Source: an uncultured archaeon
Lineage (GTDB): Archaea; Asgardarchaeota; Lokiarchaeia; Sigyniarchaeales; SOKP01
Direction: 5' to 3'
NCBI GenBank assembly: GCA_964583985.1
Contig: CAZOYD010000097.1
Span: 1 to 10,159 of the forward strand
Length of the DNA stretch: 10,159 bases
In this document: positions 1-8,070 of the stretch, piece after piece
Layout of the letters: each line of letters begins with the position of its first letter
Numbering within the stretch: the stretch's first letter is position 1
Made by a program: the position numbers and the translations under genes
Notes under the pieces: model-generated
Told to the model about the DNA's origin: nothing
Seen by the model: only the letters and a program-made list of their open reading frames with translations
The model's database searches: none

Positions 1-118
1 ATGAGTTGAAATTTTGGATTAAAAATTGTTTTTACTATATTAGCAATGACAGTTATAATTCTTGAAAACTTATATTCAAATATCAATTCAATATGATAAT
101 TAAGATGATAAAAAAGAT

Positions 119-1285
119 ATGAAAGACTCAATTGAAAGAATCGAATTAACACCATTATTTGTTCCCTTTAAAGATTCCGTTAAAAAAGCAATGGAACAAT
201 CAGAAGGTGGATTAGGTATGGCTATAGAGGCTGAAGAAGCGTGGCTTGGTGGCGATTTTGTAATATGCAAGTTATTTAATAACGATGGGAGTATGGGATT
301 AGGAGAGTCATTTATTTGGTTACCCGAAACAGGTGTCTCTCCGACTCAAATTATTGATATCATTAAAAATTCATTGTCGAAATATCTCATAGGAGAAAAT
401 CCTTTTAATATCGAAAGAATAAATTATCGAATGGACATTAATCTAGCACGTAATGAGGTTGCAAAAGGACTTTTAGACATGACATTATATGATCTTATCG
501 GAAATATCAATGAAATACCTGCTTGTTATTTAATGGGAGGAAAAATAGTCGAAAAAATTCCTTTAGCAGCTTTAATTCCATTAGGTAGTCCCATGTTAAT
601 GAAGGGATTAGTGCGATCGTATTACAAAAAAGGATTTCGATCTTTTAGATTAAAATTAGGGAAGAGTATTGAGCAAGATAGAGAAATTGTTTTAGCAATT
701 AGAAATGCTTTAGGAAATGATATCCATTTACGTGTGGATTATAATCAAGCTTATACACCTCAAGACGCCGTTCATGCGATTAAAGCAATAGAACCTTATG
801 GTATAGAATATGCAGAAGAACCAGTAAAATCTGATGACTATTTAGGATTAACTTATGTACAGAAAAAAGTGGATACACCTATAATGTCCCATGAAGGTTT
901 TTTTTCTTTGAGGGATTTTATCACTTTAGTAGAATTAAATGCCGTAAGGGTTTTAGGAATTAATTCAGAAAGACCTGGAGGAGTAACAAGAGCTCTAAGA
1001 GCAATTGAGTATGCGAAAATGCGAGGAATAGGAGTAGTTCTACATAATCAACCTCTAGGAATAGCATCAGCCATGCATATTCATCTCCACACCGCAAAAT
1101 ACAACTCAATTGCATATGCGACAGAACTTTTTGGTCAAGAAATGCTAGTAGATGATTTAATTACAAATTCCATTGATTATAGTAATGGATTTGCTCAAGT
1201 TCCAGAGGGTCCTGGATGGGGTATAAAACTTGATGAAAACGCTTTGAAAAAATTCGCTACAGCGGAATCAAGTATAATCGAATAA
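119..1285 (+). CDS. Enolase-superfamily (mandelate racemase/muconate lactonizing enzyme family) protein
   Basis: 388-aa ORF. N-terminal capping domain (GLGES, AKGLLDMTLYDLIG, LMGG), R177-x-K179, metal-ligand positions D207 (VDYN), E233 (EEP) and E259, H309 at the end of strand 7, C-terminal VPEGPGWGI. Confidence 0.93.
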   Translation: MKDSIERIELTPLFVPFKDSVKKAMEQSEGGLGMAIEAEEAWLGGDFVICKLFNNDGSMGLGESFIWLPETGVSPTQIIDIIKNSLSKYLIGENPFNIERINYRMDINLARNEVAKGLLDMTLYDLIGNINEIPACYLMGGKIVEKIPLAALIPLGSPMLMKGLVRSYYKKGFRSFRLKLGKSIEQDREIVLAIRNALGNDIHLRVDYNQAYTPQDAVHAIKAIEPYGIEYAEEPVKSDDYLGLTYVQKKVDTPIMSHEGFFSLRDFITLVELNAVRVLGINSERPGGVTRALRAIEYAKMRGIGVVLHNQPLGIASAMHIHLHTAKYNSIAYATELFGQEMLVDDLITNSIDYSNGFAQVPEGPGWGIKLDENALKKFATAESSIIE

Positions 1286-1326
1286 TAAATGGATTTTTAA
1301 TAATAAATTAAAGATTAAATAATAAT

Positions 1327-1337
1327 AAAAAAAAAAA
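1327..1337 (-). terminator. Putative archaeal oligo-T terminator (T11 on minus strand)
   Basis: A11 run on the + strand just past the stop of the 1349-2200 gene, in a convergent intergenic gap. Confidence 0.4.
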
Positions 1338-1348
1338 TTTTGTTCATA

Positions 1349-2200
1349 TTAAGTGGTTTGAATATCAAGTGGATTCTCCAATGGACCTGAAATTCCTATA
1401 AATCTTGCAATCTTTCTCATGTATTTTTGTCTATGTTTGTCAGTCATATCAAGAAGGATAAATCCCGGGATTGCCATCAATATCATTAACAAAGGTAAAA
1501 GAATCATAATTATAACTCCAGGATTAAAATACCCATCTTCAAGAATACCAATAACAAAAAAAGTATAACTTACTATTACCGAAATACCTGCATATCCTTT
1601 TAATAAGTAGTGATACCATCCTCCTACACTACGTACTTCAACAGGATCTCTCATCCCTTCTACTTTATTCTTGTTTGTAAACACTATTCCAGATTCGAGT
1701 AAAAACCAGATTGGTGAAAATATGCCCATTGCAATCCCAAATGTAAGGGGAATTATCGCACCGACTGTTGCTATTGGAATAAATGGAATATTTGCCCCAT
1801 TAAGCATATAAATTGTACTTAGAGCAAAATTTTGAACTATCACATTATCACTAAACATTAATGCAATCTGCAAGGACATTAAAGCGGGATACAGTGCTTT
1901 AAAAGTTATTTTTAATTTTTTTGATTCTGGACGTTCTTGAATTCCGAAAGTCATTCGGATACCCACAGTATATCTGTATACAATTAAAAATATTGGTGCT
2001 AATACATATCCAATAAGTAAGATCCCTAATATTCCTGCTAAAGCGGACATCCAAAATACATAGCCAATTTGGAAACTCATTGAATCCGGTAAAAATTTAA
2101 TAAAAGCATTCCCTCCAATAGGAACGAAAGTAAAGAGGATTAAAGGTATAATAATACATAGAAAAATAATTAGATCTTTTTTATATTTCTTTTGAATCAT
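1349..2200 (-). CDS. Hypothetical multi-pass membrane protein (about 6 TM segments)
   Basis: 283-aa ORF with several long hydrophobic segments; GGGGTA 7 nt before the ATG; no recognised family motif. Confidence 0.85.
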   Translation of the reverse strand: MIQKKYKKDLIIFLCIIIPLILFTFVPIGGNAFIKFLPDSMSFQIGYVFWMSALAGILGILLIGYVLAPIFLIVYRYTVGIRMTFGIQERPESKKLKITFKALYPALMSLQIALMFSDNVIVQNFALSTIYMLNGANIPFIPIATVGAIIPLTFGIAMGIFSPIWFLLESGIVFTNKNKVEGMRDPVEVRSVGGWYHYLLKGYAGISVIVSYTFFVIGILEDGYFNPGVIIMILLPLLMILMAIPGFILLDMTDKHRQKYMRKIARFIGISGPLENPLDIQTT

Positions 2201-2243
2201 TAAATTTTACCCCTAACTTTTTTTAAAAAATTGGATATAAGAA

Positions 2244-3056
2244 TTATAATTCTTTTAAAAACATTTCCACAGCTCTATTATAGTCATTGGTCGCCTCATA
2301 TTGGATCATGTGTCCAATTTTTGGGGTCAAAATTACTAATTTTGCATTGGATATTTTTTGACTCATTGACTTTGATTCTTCAGGAAGGATAAAATTATCC
2401 TTATCACCGGTTAATATCAAGGTGGGCACGATGATACTTGAGAGTTTATCTTCAACATTATAATCATTGACAATTGATTCCATTGTTCTAAGTCCTACAT
2501 ATTCCTCATTTTCAAGCGTTTTATCTACAAATTCTTTGACTAATTTTGCTTGTTCTTTTCGTGCTCTTCTTTGAAAACACAACCCCACAAAGATTGTTTC
2601 AATGGTCTCACGATCTTTTAAAGACATTGTACCTGCTCTTAAATCCTCTATGTATTGTATTAAACCGGGATTAATTAATTTAGGAGCCGTGCTCATCAAA
2701 ATTAATCCATCCAATCTTTTTGACAATTTGGGATCTGTTGCATAAATCAAGGATATCATTCCACCCATGGAATGCCCGCAGAGAACAATTTTCTCATTAC
2801 CAATTATCTTTTCAAGCGTTTCATCCAAACAATTTGCTAGATCTGTCAATTTATATGATTCTGATTCCGGTTTATCACTTTTCCCATGTCCCAAGTGATC
2901 AATTGCGATTGCTCTATAACTTCTTGAAAAAGTTTCAATTTGGGCTTCAAAAAGCCACGAACAACCTAAAAAGCCATGAATAAAAACCACATTTTTACCA
3001 CTTCCTTTATCTAAATAAAAGATTTTATATCCTTCATCAAGTTCTATATAAGGCAT
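2244..3056 (-). CDS. Alpha/beta-fold hydrolase (abhydrolase_1/6 type)
   Basis: FIHG oxyanion motif, DHLGHGKS, nucleophile elbow GHSMGG, acid in GDKD, catalytic His in IGHM. Confidence 0.95.
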   Translation of the reverse strand: MPYIELDEGYKIFYLDKGSGKNVVFIHGFLGCSWLFEAQIETFSRSYRAIAIDHLGHGKSDKPESESYKLTDLANCLDETLEKIIGNEKIVLCGHSMGGMISLIYATDPKLSKRLDGLILMSTAPKLINPGLIQYIEDLRAGTMSLKDRETIETIFVGLCFQRRARKEQAKLVKEFVDKTLENEEYVGLRTMESIVNDYNVEDKLSSIIVPTLILTGDKDNFILPEESKSMSQKISNAKLVILTPKIGHMIQYEATNDYNRAVEMFLKEL

Positions 3057-3240
3057 ATTATAAACCTACAATTTTTTTGTTATACTAATAATTGATTGAT
3101 ATCATATTTAAGATTACAAATATTTACTAATTAAACTTGATAGCTATAAAGCGATGACTCAATAAAAGTGAGATATTATATTTAAAGAAATTAAAAAAGC
3201 TTATAAGATACTTTCTAATGTCGCAAATCAAACTCCCGTA

Positions 3241-4146
3241 ATGAAAAGCAGAACATTAAATGCATTAACAAATGCTAAAAAAGTTTTAGTAAAATGTGAA
3301 AATTTTCAAAGAACTGGCTCCTTCAAATTCAGAGGAGCTTGGAATTGCATTGCTCATTTACCGATTAGCGAAAGAGACGGAGGAATAATCGCCCATTCAT
3401 CGGGTAATTTTGCTCAAGCGGTAGCATTAGTAGCAAAAATATTAAATGTAAAAGCTACGATTGTAATGCCAGAAAATGCAACACCCTCTAAGATTGAAGC
3501 AACTAAAGGATACGGTGTTGAAGTTCTTTTTTCAGGAGCTAGCATTGAAGAACGTGAGCGATTGACCCAAAAAGAAATAGATCTACATGGATATAAATTA
3601 GTTCACCCCTATGATGATTACGCCGTAATTTTTGGGGGAGGGACAACGGCGTTAGAATTTATCGAACAAATCGGAACTCTTGATATATTATTCATTCCTA
3701 TAGGTGGAGGTGGATTAATCAGTGGTTGTTCTATCGCAGCTAAAGGTTTAGATCCACGAATTAAAATAATAGGTGTTGAGCCTAAGAATGCTGATGATGC
3801 TTTTAAATCATTTACCCAAGGAAAACGTATTCCGGTTCAGAACCCTAATACCATTGCCGATGGATTGAGAACTTCACTTGGCGAAAAAACTTTTCCAATA
3901 ATCCAAAAATTAGTGGATGACATAATTACTGTTTCCGAAGAACAAATCATCGACGCCATGAAATTTTATTGGGAACGGATGAAATTGGTTGTTGAACCTT
4001 CAGCTGCAGTGCCTTTAGCGGGACTTCTTTATGGAGATATCGACCCTTCGTTAATCAAAAATAAAAAGGTCGGTTTAATCATTAGTGGCGGAAATGTGGA
4101 TCTCTCAAATTTTTTTGAATTGATAAAACAATCTCAAATTCAATAA
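3241..4146 (+). CDS. Fold-type II PLP enzyme: serine racemase / serine-threonine dehydratase family, no ACT domain. True start probably about 3175-3178.
   Basis: KCENFQRTGSFKFRGA (PLP lysine), HSSGN, PIGGGGL phosphate loop, EPKNADD, TIADGL, WERMKLVVEPS, ISGGN. The frame is open and family-like upstream of the ATG back to 3172. Confidence 0.93.
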   Translation: MKSRTLNALTNAKKVLVKCENFQRTGSFKFRGAWNCIAHLPISERDGGIIAHSSGNFAQAVALVAKILNVKATIVMPENATPSKIEATKGYGVEVLFSGASIEERERLTQKEIDLHGYKLVHPYDDYAVIFGGGTTALEFIEQIGTLDILFIPIGGGGLISGCSIAAKGLDPRIKIIGVEPKNADDAFKSFTQGKRIPVQNPNTIADGLRTSLGEKTFPIIQKLVDDIITVSEEQIIDAMKFYWERMKLVVEPSAAVPLAGLLYGDIDPSLIKNKKVGLIISGGNVDLSNFFELIKQSQIQ

Positions 4147-4155
4147 GTGAAATAT

Positions 4156-4164
4156 AAAAAAAAA
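4156..4164 (-). terminator. Putative oligo-T terminator (T9 on minus strand) for the CocE/orphan unit
   Basis: A9 run on the + strand about 10 nt past the stop at 4174, in a convergent gap. Confidence 0.35.
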
Positions 4165-4173
4165 TAAAGAATA

Positions 4174-4533
4174 TTAATCATTAATATCAGGGACTCCTTT
4201 AATTGAGTCGAAATTACCGTTTAACAATTCTTCGAACATTTCAACCGCATTTTCCCATATGTTTCTCATAATTACTTGAATTTTCCTAAAATCATCTTTA
4301 TTTTTAAGGATGATTTCTATGGTTTGTTCTTTTTCATCAACATTGATCTCCATCTGAAGATCTTCTCTCAATCCACCATAGAGTTTTAATATTATTGGGA
4401 TTTCTCCCGGATAGAGTAATTTTCCTGATATATCTCCTTTTATAACGAGATTAATTGTTAATTGTTGCTCATCCACTTTTATCTCTATCTTCTTTTTTAA
4501 CTTTTCTTTCATAATAGGCAAGAGGTCTTCCAT
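4174..4533 (-). CDS. Hypothetical protein (119 aa) with an internal duplication, translationally coupled to the CocE/NonD gene
   Basis: TAATG stop/start overlap at 4535-4531; GAGGTGA SD 6 nt upstream. Confidence 0.85.
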   Translation of the reverse strand: MEDLLPIMKEKLKKKIEIKVDEQQLTINLVIKGDISGKLLYPGEIPIILKLYGGLREDLQMEINVDEKEQTIEIILKNKDDFRKIQVIMRNIWENAVEMFEELLNGNFDSIKGVPDIND

Positions 4534-6380
4534 TATATTTCACCTCTCTTATCTATATTGATAATTGGGATATCTATATAAGAGGCATGATTTTTCGAAT
4601 GATAAAGACTTATAACAGGTCTTCCTTCTGAAGGGTACCTTGAAAAAGTGTCCTTATCGCATCCAGCAATCGCAATTTTTAAACGGTGTCCCCGTTTAAT
4701 AAGAACCGAGGTAACATGTAATCCAAATTTTATCTCATTGATTTCACCTGAATTAAGAGGTGATGCATCTTTTTCCAAAAATGTATGATAAGGTACGAGA
4801 GTCTTATAAGGTGGCTTATCAATTGATACTTTTCTATGGATTACGCGAAATTCTCCATCCGTGATGTAAGTAACATTTCCTTCTTTATCAACATCTTCAA
4901 CATACACGAATAAAGCCCCATCCTCATGAGTAGAAGAAAGATATAAGCACGCAATAATTTGCCCAGTAATTTCTACATCTTCTTTAAATGGTTCACTAGT
5001 GTAGGTCAATAATCTTTCATCTTCTTTAGCTCGATTATCATAATTGATAGGCAAGCCTAAAAGTGCCCACCACCGGTTATTTCTCCCAGAGCTGGATCTA
5101 AAATTAATTTTGTAATCATCTTTTGAATTTTCATCATTGGAGACTTCTTTAGAGAGCATAAATTTATCGGATAAATAGAATTTTTGGTAATTACATCCCG
5201 CCGGTGGCCAAGAAGTCGTTTTTTTCCATTGTTCCTCAACAATTGTGTAATAATATAACACTTTGCCTTGGATTCCCTCTCCATGAATACATTGGTCAAA
5301 GAAATTAATCCACGTATTTATTCGCTCTGAAGGTGAGGGATTTACTTTAGGCCTGTCCAAATGAAACTGATTAGCTGGTAATGCTGCGCCATGATTCCAA
5401 TCTCCTAAAATACAGATCATTGGATTTGTATAATTAATGAACCTATGAATCATTGCATCACAATAACCAGAATCGTAATAAGAGCACCAGGCCAGTATTG
5501 GAACGTTTGATTTTTCTATCAATGCTTGCCTTTTAAAAACACTCAGGTCATCAATATTGGTATTATCTGGTAGCTTCTCGTCTCGAAAGTTTTTATCCCA
5601 GGTGTGTTCAAAAACATATTCATTTGATTCATGCAATTTTGCAGCTTCATTGAGTAATTCTTGATTGACATCGGAATCAACGGGCTTGACTCCCCTAACA
5701 AATAACCACAAATCTGGCATTAATTCCCTAAATACTTTTGGGTTGTTTATGTCCAAATTCCGACCCAAAAAGGACCAGAGTTCCATAAAAGCATGATCGT
5801 ATACACCACCAGGAAATGCAACATCAGTATAAGGGTCCCAAAATCCATGACCAGGCATCACCGCTTTAATTGCAGGGTGATTATTTGCCGCAAATAATTC
5901 TGCAGTTGTGCCTGTATATGAAATTCCTTTGGAAACAACATTTCCATCAGACCATGATTGAGATATGATCCATTCAACAATATCATACCCATCTTTTATT
6001 TCCACATCAGAAAATGGATATGTTCTCGTTCCAAATGAAGCTCCAGTCCCCCTCACATCAGTGATAATGAATGCATAACCTCGACTGGAAATTATTTCAG
6101 GATTAGGTGTGGTATAAGCAATTTCATCCAAAAGCCATCGAAATGGAATTCTTAACTCCATTGCCCTCCAATAACGCGTTTGAGTTAATATTGTCGGAAT
6201 TCTATCATTTGGTTTTAAATCTTTTGGCAAACAAAGAGTTACAGCTATGTTTATCCCATCTCGCATTTTTACGTGAATATTCTTGAGTGAATACTCACCC
6301 GAATACTTTAGCGGAGGTTTTTTACCAATTTCCTTGAAGGGATTGTTTTTAATTGCCTTAGAATCTGTAATGTTAATCAA
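4533..6380 (-). CDS. CocE/NonD family serine hydrolase (peptidase S15 / alpha-amino-acid ester hydrolase-like)
   Basis: 615 aa, TTG start. MRDG, TRYW (oxyanion Tyr), DVRGTGASFG, nucleophile GISYTG, YYD acid, WNHG His, C-terminal PepX_C-like domain (LTYTSEP, GHRLKIAI). Confidence 0.95.
   Translation of the reverse strand: MINITDSKAIKNNPFKEIGKKPPLKYSGEYSLKNIHVKMRDGINIAVTLCLPKDLKPNDRIPTILTQTRYWRAMELRIPFRWLLDEIAYTTPNPEIISSRGYAFIITDVRGTGASFGTRTYPFSDVEIKDGYDIVEWIISQSWSDGNVVSKGISYTGTTAELFAANNHPAIKAVMPGHGFWDPYTDVAFPGGVYDHAFMELWSFLGRNLDINNPKVFRELMPDLWLFVRGVKPVDSDVNQELLNEAAKLHESNEYVFEHTWDKNFRDEKLPDNTNIDDLSVFKRQALIEKSNVPILAWCSYYDSGYCDAMIHRFINYTNPMICILGDWNHGAALPANQFHLDRPKVNPSPSERINTWINFFDQCIHGEGIQGKVLYYYTIVEEQWKKTTSWPPAGCNYQKFYLSDKFMLSKEVSNDENSKDDYKINFRSSSGRNNRWWALLGLPINYDNRAKEDERLLTYTSEPFKEDVEITGQIIACLYLSSTHEDGALFVYVEDVDKEGNVTYITDGEFRVIHRKVSIDKPPYKTLVPYHTFLEKDASPLNSGEINEIKFGLHVTSVLIKRGHRLKIAIAGCDKDTFSRYPSEGRPVISLYHSKNHASYIDIPIINIDKRGEI
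4540..4546 (-). promoter_or_regulatory. Shine-Dalgarno GAGGTGA for the 4174-4533 gene
   Basis: Minus strand reads GAGGTGA-AATATA-ATG, an archaeal-type SD with a 6-nt spacer. Confidence 0.7.
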
Positions 6381-6511
6381 CTTCCATTAAAATTAATTAA
6401 TTATTAGTATCTCACCTTGATAATAACTTTTTTTCTTGAACAATGTTATAATAATAAAATAGAAATATTGTGAAAGTTTGCTAATTTCTAATGGACAATA
6501 GGAAATTGAAC

Positions 6512-6517
6512 AGGTGA
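6512..6517 (+). promoter_or_regulatory. Shine-Dalgarno AGGTGA, 6 nt upstream of an in-frame ATT (6524)
   Basis: AGGTGA-ATATAG-ATT; same geometry as the SD at 4540-4546. Confidence 0.5.
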
Positions 6518-6562
6518 ATATAGATTTTTTGTGATATATTAGGAGAAAAGATCCCTTTAGTA

Positions 6563-7240
6563 ATGACAGGGACCTCTCCTTTCTTAGGTGCAGCACAATT
6601 TGGGAAAAACGCACGCATTTATCGAAAAAAATTCATGAATGATACTAATGCCCTTTTAGAAATAATGGAAGCATGTTATGAAGCGGGCGGGAGGGGGATT
6701 CAAATGATTCCAATGGGAAAAATTGGAGAAGCTGCAAGAATAATGAAAGAAACTCACGATGATTATGTCATTACGGGCTCGACAGCACCAGGTCCAGAAC
6801 CCTTAATTAATGATTTAATTGAGTCTGAAGCCAAGATAATTTTTGCTCATGGAATGGTTTCTGATAAAAAAGATAAAAATCTTATCAAAATGATTGATGA
6901 TATTTCTTCAAGAGGGATTATACCAGGAATTGCTGCTCATAATCCCATTTCAACCTTAAAATTTGCTTTCGAAAACACGAGCGTAAAAGCATTCTTGATT
7001 CCTTTTAATGAAAAAGGATTATTTATGGGTAACAAACAGCAATTAGAAAACATTGTTAATACAAATGAAGAGTGTTATTTTGTTGGCATGAAAACCTTAG
7101 CAGCAGGGAATTTAGATGTGAATATAGCTTATAATTACATTGCAAAGCACAACATTTGCTCGGTTGCGATTGGAATGGTTACAACCGAAGAAGCGAGAAA
7201 TTCTACTAAGATTGCTCTAAAAGCACTAAAAAATAAATAG
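6563..7240 (+). CDS. Conserved hypothetical protein with an aldo/keto-reductase-like TIM barrel. True start probably 6524 (ATT).
   Basis: GTSPFLGAAQFG N-terminal motif, PGIAAH, LIPFN..G, GMKTLAAG (AKR-like), VAIGMVT..EA. Confidence 0.8.
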   Translation: MTGTSPFLGAAQFGKNARIYRKKFMNDTNALLEIMEACYEAGGRGIQMIPMGKIGEAARIMKETHDDYVITGSTAPGPEPLINDLIESEAKIIFAHGMVSDKKDKNLIKMIDDISSRGIIPGIAAHNPISTLKFAFENTSVKAFLIPFNEKGLFMGNKQQLENIVNTNEECYFVGMKTLAAGNLDVNIAYNYIAKHNICSVAIGMVTTEEARNSTKIALKALKNK

Positions 7241-7248
7241 GAATACAA

Positions 7249-8025
7249 ATGCCAGAACTATCAGAAGTCGAGACGTTCAAGAAATATATTGACAAGACAT
7301 CCATAAATCACGTTATAAAAGATCTAATAATTAGAGATGAACGAATCTTAAAAGTCCCAAAAGAAGAATTTATCGAAGCACTCAAGAATAATAAATTTAA
7401 AGAAACCATTAGACATGGAAAATATCTCCTAATTAAATTAGAAAATCAATATCTTATAATACATTTTGGTATGACGGGAGATCTTGAATATTTTGAAAAA
7501 GCAATAGATGAACCAAAATATACAAAGGTCCTATTTGAATTTACAAATGGACACTTTCTATCATACATCTCTCAAAGATTGTTTGGACATCTTGACTTAA
7601 CAAATTCAATAGAAGAATTTCTTGATAAAAAGAAGTTAGGACCTGATGCTTTCAAGATGTCATATGATGATTTTAAAAACACTTTAGGTAGACGAACAGC
7701 TATCATGAAATCGGCATTACTAAATCAATCTATATTCGCGGGTATTGGAAACATCTATAGCGATGAGATTTTATTCCAGAGTAAACTAAATCCTATGAGG
7801 AAAATTAATACTCTTGATGAAAATGAACTCAAAGAATTATTTCAAAACATAAAAAAGGTATTACAATACGGAATTGATTTTGAGGGAGAATTAAAGAAAT
7901 ATTCTCAAGATCTTCTCATCCCACATAGATCGAAGGATGGAACATGTCCACAGTGCTCAACTAAACTTGAAAGATACGAAATTTCAAGTAGGCACGGATT
8001 TTTTTGTCCTAAATGCCAGAAATAA
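7249..8025 (+). CDS. mutM: Fpg/Nei family DNA glycosylase/AP lyase (formamidopyrimidine-DNA glycosylase-like)
   Basis: MPEL.EVE catalytic N-terminus, HGKYL, HFGMTG, LGPDA, H2TH motif LLNQSIFAGIGNIYSDEILF, C4 zinc finger CPQC...R...CPKCQK; starts 8 nt after the previous stop. Confidence 0.93.
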   Translation: MPELSEVETFKKYIDKTSINHVIKDLIIRDERILKVPKEEFIEALKNNKFKETIRHGKYLLIKLENQYLIIHFGMTGDLEYFEKAIDEPKYTKVLFEFTNGHFLSYISQRLFGHLDLTNSIEEFLDKKKLGPDAFKMSYDDFKNTLGRRTAIMKSALLNQSIFAGIGNIYSDEILFQSKLNPMRKINTLDENELKELFQNIKKVLQYGIDFEGELKKYSQDLLIPHRSKDGTCPQCSTKLERYEISSRHGFFCPKCQK

Positions 8026-8070
8026 CGGTCATAAATGATATTATTAGCATATTTGTTCAATTTTTCTGAT

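Noticed and set aside
1-118. Possible partial CDS at the left edge
   Set aside because: Short open frames on both strands with no recognisable motif; cannot be supported.
2720-2983. 87-aa + strand ORF
   Set aside because: Antisense shadow inside the well-supported hydrolase gene; no motifs.
5057-5299. 80-aa alternative-frame ORF
   Set aside because: Nested within the CocE/NonD gene; no independent support.
6393-6614. 73-aa minus-strand ORF
   Set aside because: Spans the divergent promoter gap and overlaps the AKR-like start; composition typical of AT-rich intergenic DNA.
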